Part shown: in pieces, positions 53,476 through 54,421 of the stretch
How the letters are laid out: each line of letters starts with the position of its first letter
Position numbering within the stretch: the stretch's first letter is position 1
Origin: a virus
Taxonomy: Duplodnaviria > Caudoviricetes
IMG/VR virus record: IMGVR_UViG_3300021061_000218
Location: 1 to 54,421 of that record
Strand: one strand, 5' to 3'
DNA length: 54,421 nucleotides
Position numbers and translations under genes: made by a program
Notes under the pieces: model-generated
Told to the model about the DNA's origin: nothing
Database searches by the model: none
Seen by the model: only the letters and a program-made list of their open reading frames with translations

Positions 53476-53786
53476 AGAGTGAAGATAGGCTGCTGGCAAT
53501 GCTGGACTCTATTGAGGGCGGCGAGGGTGCGGATGAAGATGGCATACAAAAAAAGCGCCCTCAAAAGAGTAGAGTACAAAAGACTCCAAAGATAAGCTGG
53601 TGGACTAGAGAGGAGGGGTTCACTCGAAAGAAGTGGCTGTATTTCGCATGGCAGGGGTGTAGTTATAGAGTGGAAAATGCAAAAAGGATCGAGAACGGGA
53701 AATGGAGACAGATTCTTTCTTTCTGCTTCCAGCTGCGGCACTTCCCCCTTCTCCTCCCAAGGCCTCTTGCTAAATCCCGTAAATAG
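53472..53786 (+). CDS. Hypothetical protein
   Basis: ATGA coupling, but atypical codon usage. Confidence 0.45.
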   Translation: MKSEDRLLAMLDSIEGGEGADEDGIQKKRPQKSRVQKTPKISWWTREEGFTRKKWLYFAWQGCSYRVENAKRIENGKWRQILSFCFQLRHFPLLLPRPLAKSRK

Positions 53787-53789
53787 TAT

Positions 53790-53817
53790 TTGACAAGGAG
53801 GAGAGTGACGCTATTCT
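53790..53817 (+). promoter_or_regulatory. Promoter
   Basis: TTGACA-16-TATTCT. Confidence 0.55.
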
Positions 53818-53836
53818 GCCGCCCTTTTTTTGATTC

Positions 53837-54226
53837 ATGAAGGTTTACGAGCCAAGAAAGGCACTTCCAGTCTGTACTGATTCGGCAGTACATAGCGAAA
53901 TTCGAGACCTCCTCAAGAGGTATCCGAAGAACGGGCCTGACCTGGTCTATCAGCTCTTCTTATACGTCGTAAAGGTGCGTACGAACGTCTATAAAGACTA
54001 TATCGACGGATTTATGCGGCAGGCAGAGAAAGATCGGAAGATGATGCTGAAGATGGCGAAGAAGCTGGGGAAGAAGGCGCCCAAAGAGCTATTGAAGGAG
54101 GGGGAAGACGAGACCGCAGAGGAGTCCACGATGGACTCCGCAATGACGCAGGCTCTCTCGGGTAACATAACGGAATGCTCAGCAAGTGACTTTAATTGCT
54201 CCCCTGCCGCTGTTTCTGTATTGTAA
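53837..54226 (+). CDS. Hypothetical protein next to attP
   Basis: 129 aa with its own promoter. Confidence 0.7.
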   Translation: MKVYEPRKALPVCTDSAVHSEIRDLLKRYPKNGPDLVYQLFLYVVKVRTNVYKDYIDGFMRQAEKDRKMMLKMAKKLGKKAPKELLKEGEDETAEESTMDSAMTQALSGNITECSASDFNCSPAAVSVL

Positions 54227-54264
54227 AAGGCATTCGCAGCAGAGACGGCGGGAACTACACGGGG

Positions 54265-54311
54265 AGTTTACATAGTGCGGAATAGCGGAAAGATAATGCA
54301 TTATGTAAACC
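54265..54311. other. Composite dif-like attP
   Basis: AGTTTACATAG-TGCGGA-ATAGCGGAAAGAT-AATGCA-TTATGTAAACC. Confidence 0.7.
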
Positions 54312-54421
54312 AAGCCCTAGACAGATCCCAACATTCCATAAGCCCGTCCCCCTCCTGCGACTCCCCCATCTTCCTAACCGTTGGGAGGGGCCGGCTACTT
54401 CATTCCACGTTGAGGCGTGGA
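54295..54421 (+). repeat. 127-bp direct repeat, copy 2 (probable assembly overlap at a circular/tandem junction)
   Basis: Identical to 3151-3277 and runs to the end of the window. Confidence 0.95.

Larger units (their letters stand above)
3151..54294. mobile_element. Tailed prophage, ~51.1 kb, podovirus-like morphogenesis genes, integrated at a dif-like site
   Basis: Recombinase, endolysin, capsid, portal, terminases, primase-helicase; the end of the window loops back into 3151. Confidence 0.93.

Noticed and set aside
3151-54294. CRISPR array or diversity-generating retroelement
   Set aside because: No regularly spaced repeats, no reverse transcriptase, and no adenine-specific TR/VR pair seen.
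1-54421. Alternative genetic code (TGA or TAG recoding)
   Set aside because: Host and phage genes are intact under code 11 and TGA ends conserved genes such as pgk.

Overview
About 3.1 kb of bacterial host DNA (pgk 3' end, a membrane-anchored hypothetical protein, YdcF; genetic code 11; probably a CPR/Patescibacteria host, by inference) followed by an apparently complete ~51.1 kb tailed, podovirus-like prophage. The prophage encodes its own Xer-type tyrosine recombinase and is integrated at a 28-bp dif-like site (3140-3167). The window ends with an exact 127-bp copy of 3151-3277, which reads as the attP junction of a circular or tandem form. It has lysis, virion, packaging, replication (primase-helicase, exonuclease, RuvC), GroES and RNA-repair genes. 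Main oddities: (1) a terminase intein whose HNH endonuclease is nested in another reading frame with its own promoter; (2) a probable ATA start for TerL; (3) two bipartite homopurine mirror-repeat (triplex-prone) elements with the same architecture; (4) a ~490-nt structured ncRNA containing a doubly interrupted tRNA-like domain; (5) a likely -1 frameshift fusing a membrane anchor to an amidase-3D hydrolase; (6) a recurring ACTTCCTAACC leader motif; (7) extra dif-like sites. All assignments come from reading motifs by eye; no database searches or folding programs were run.
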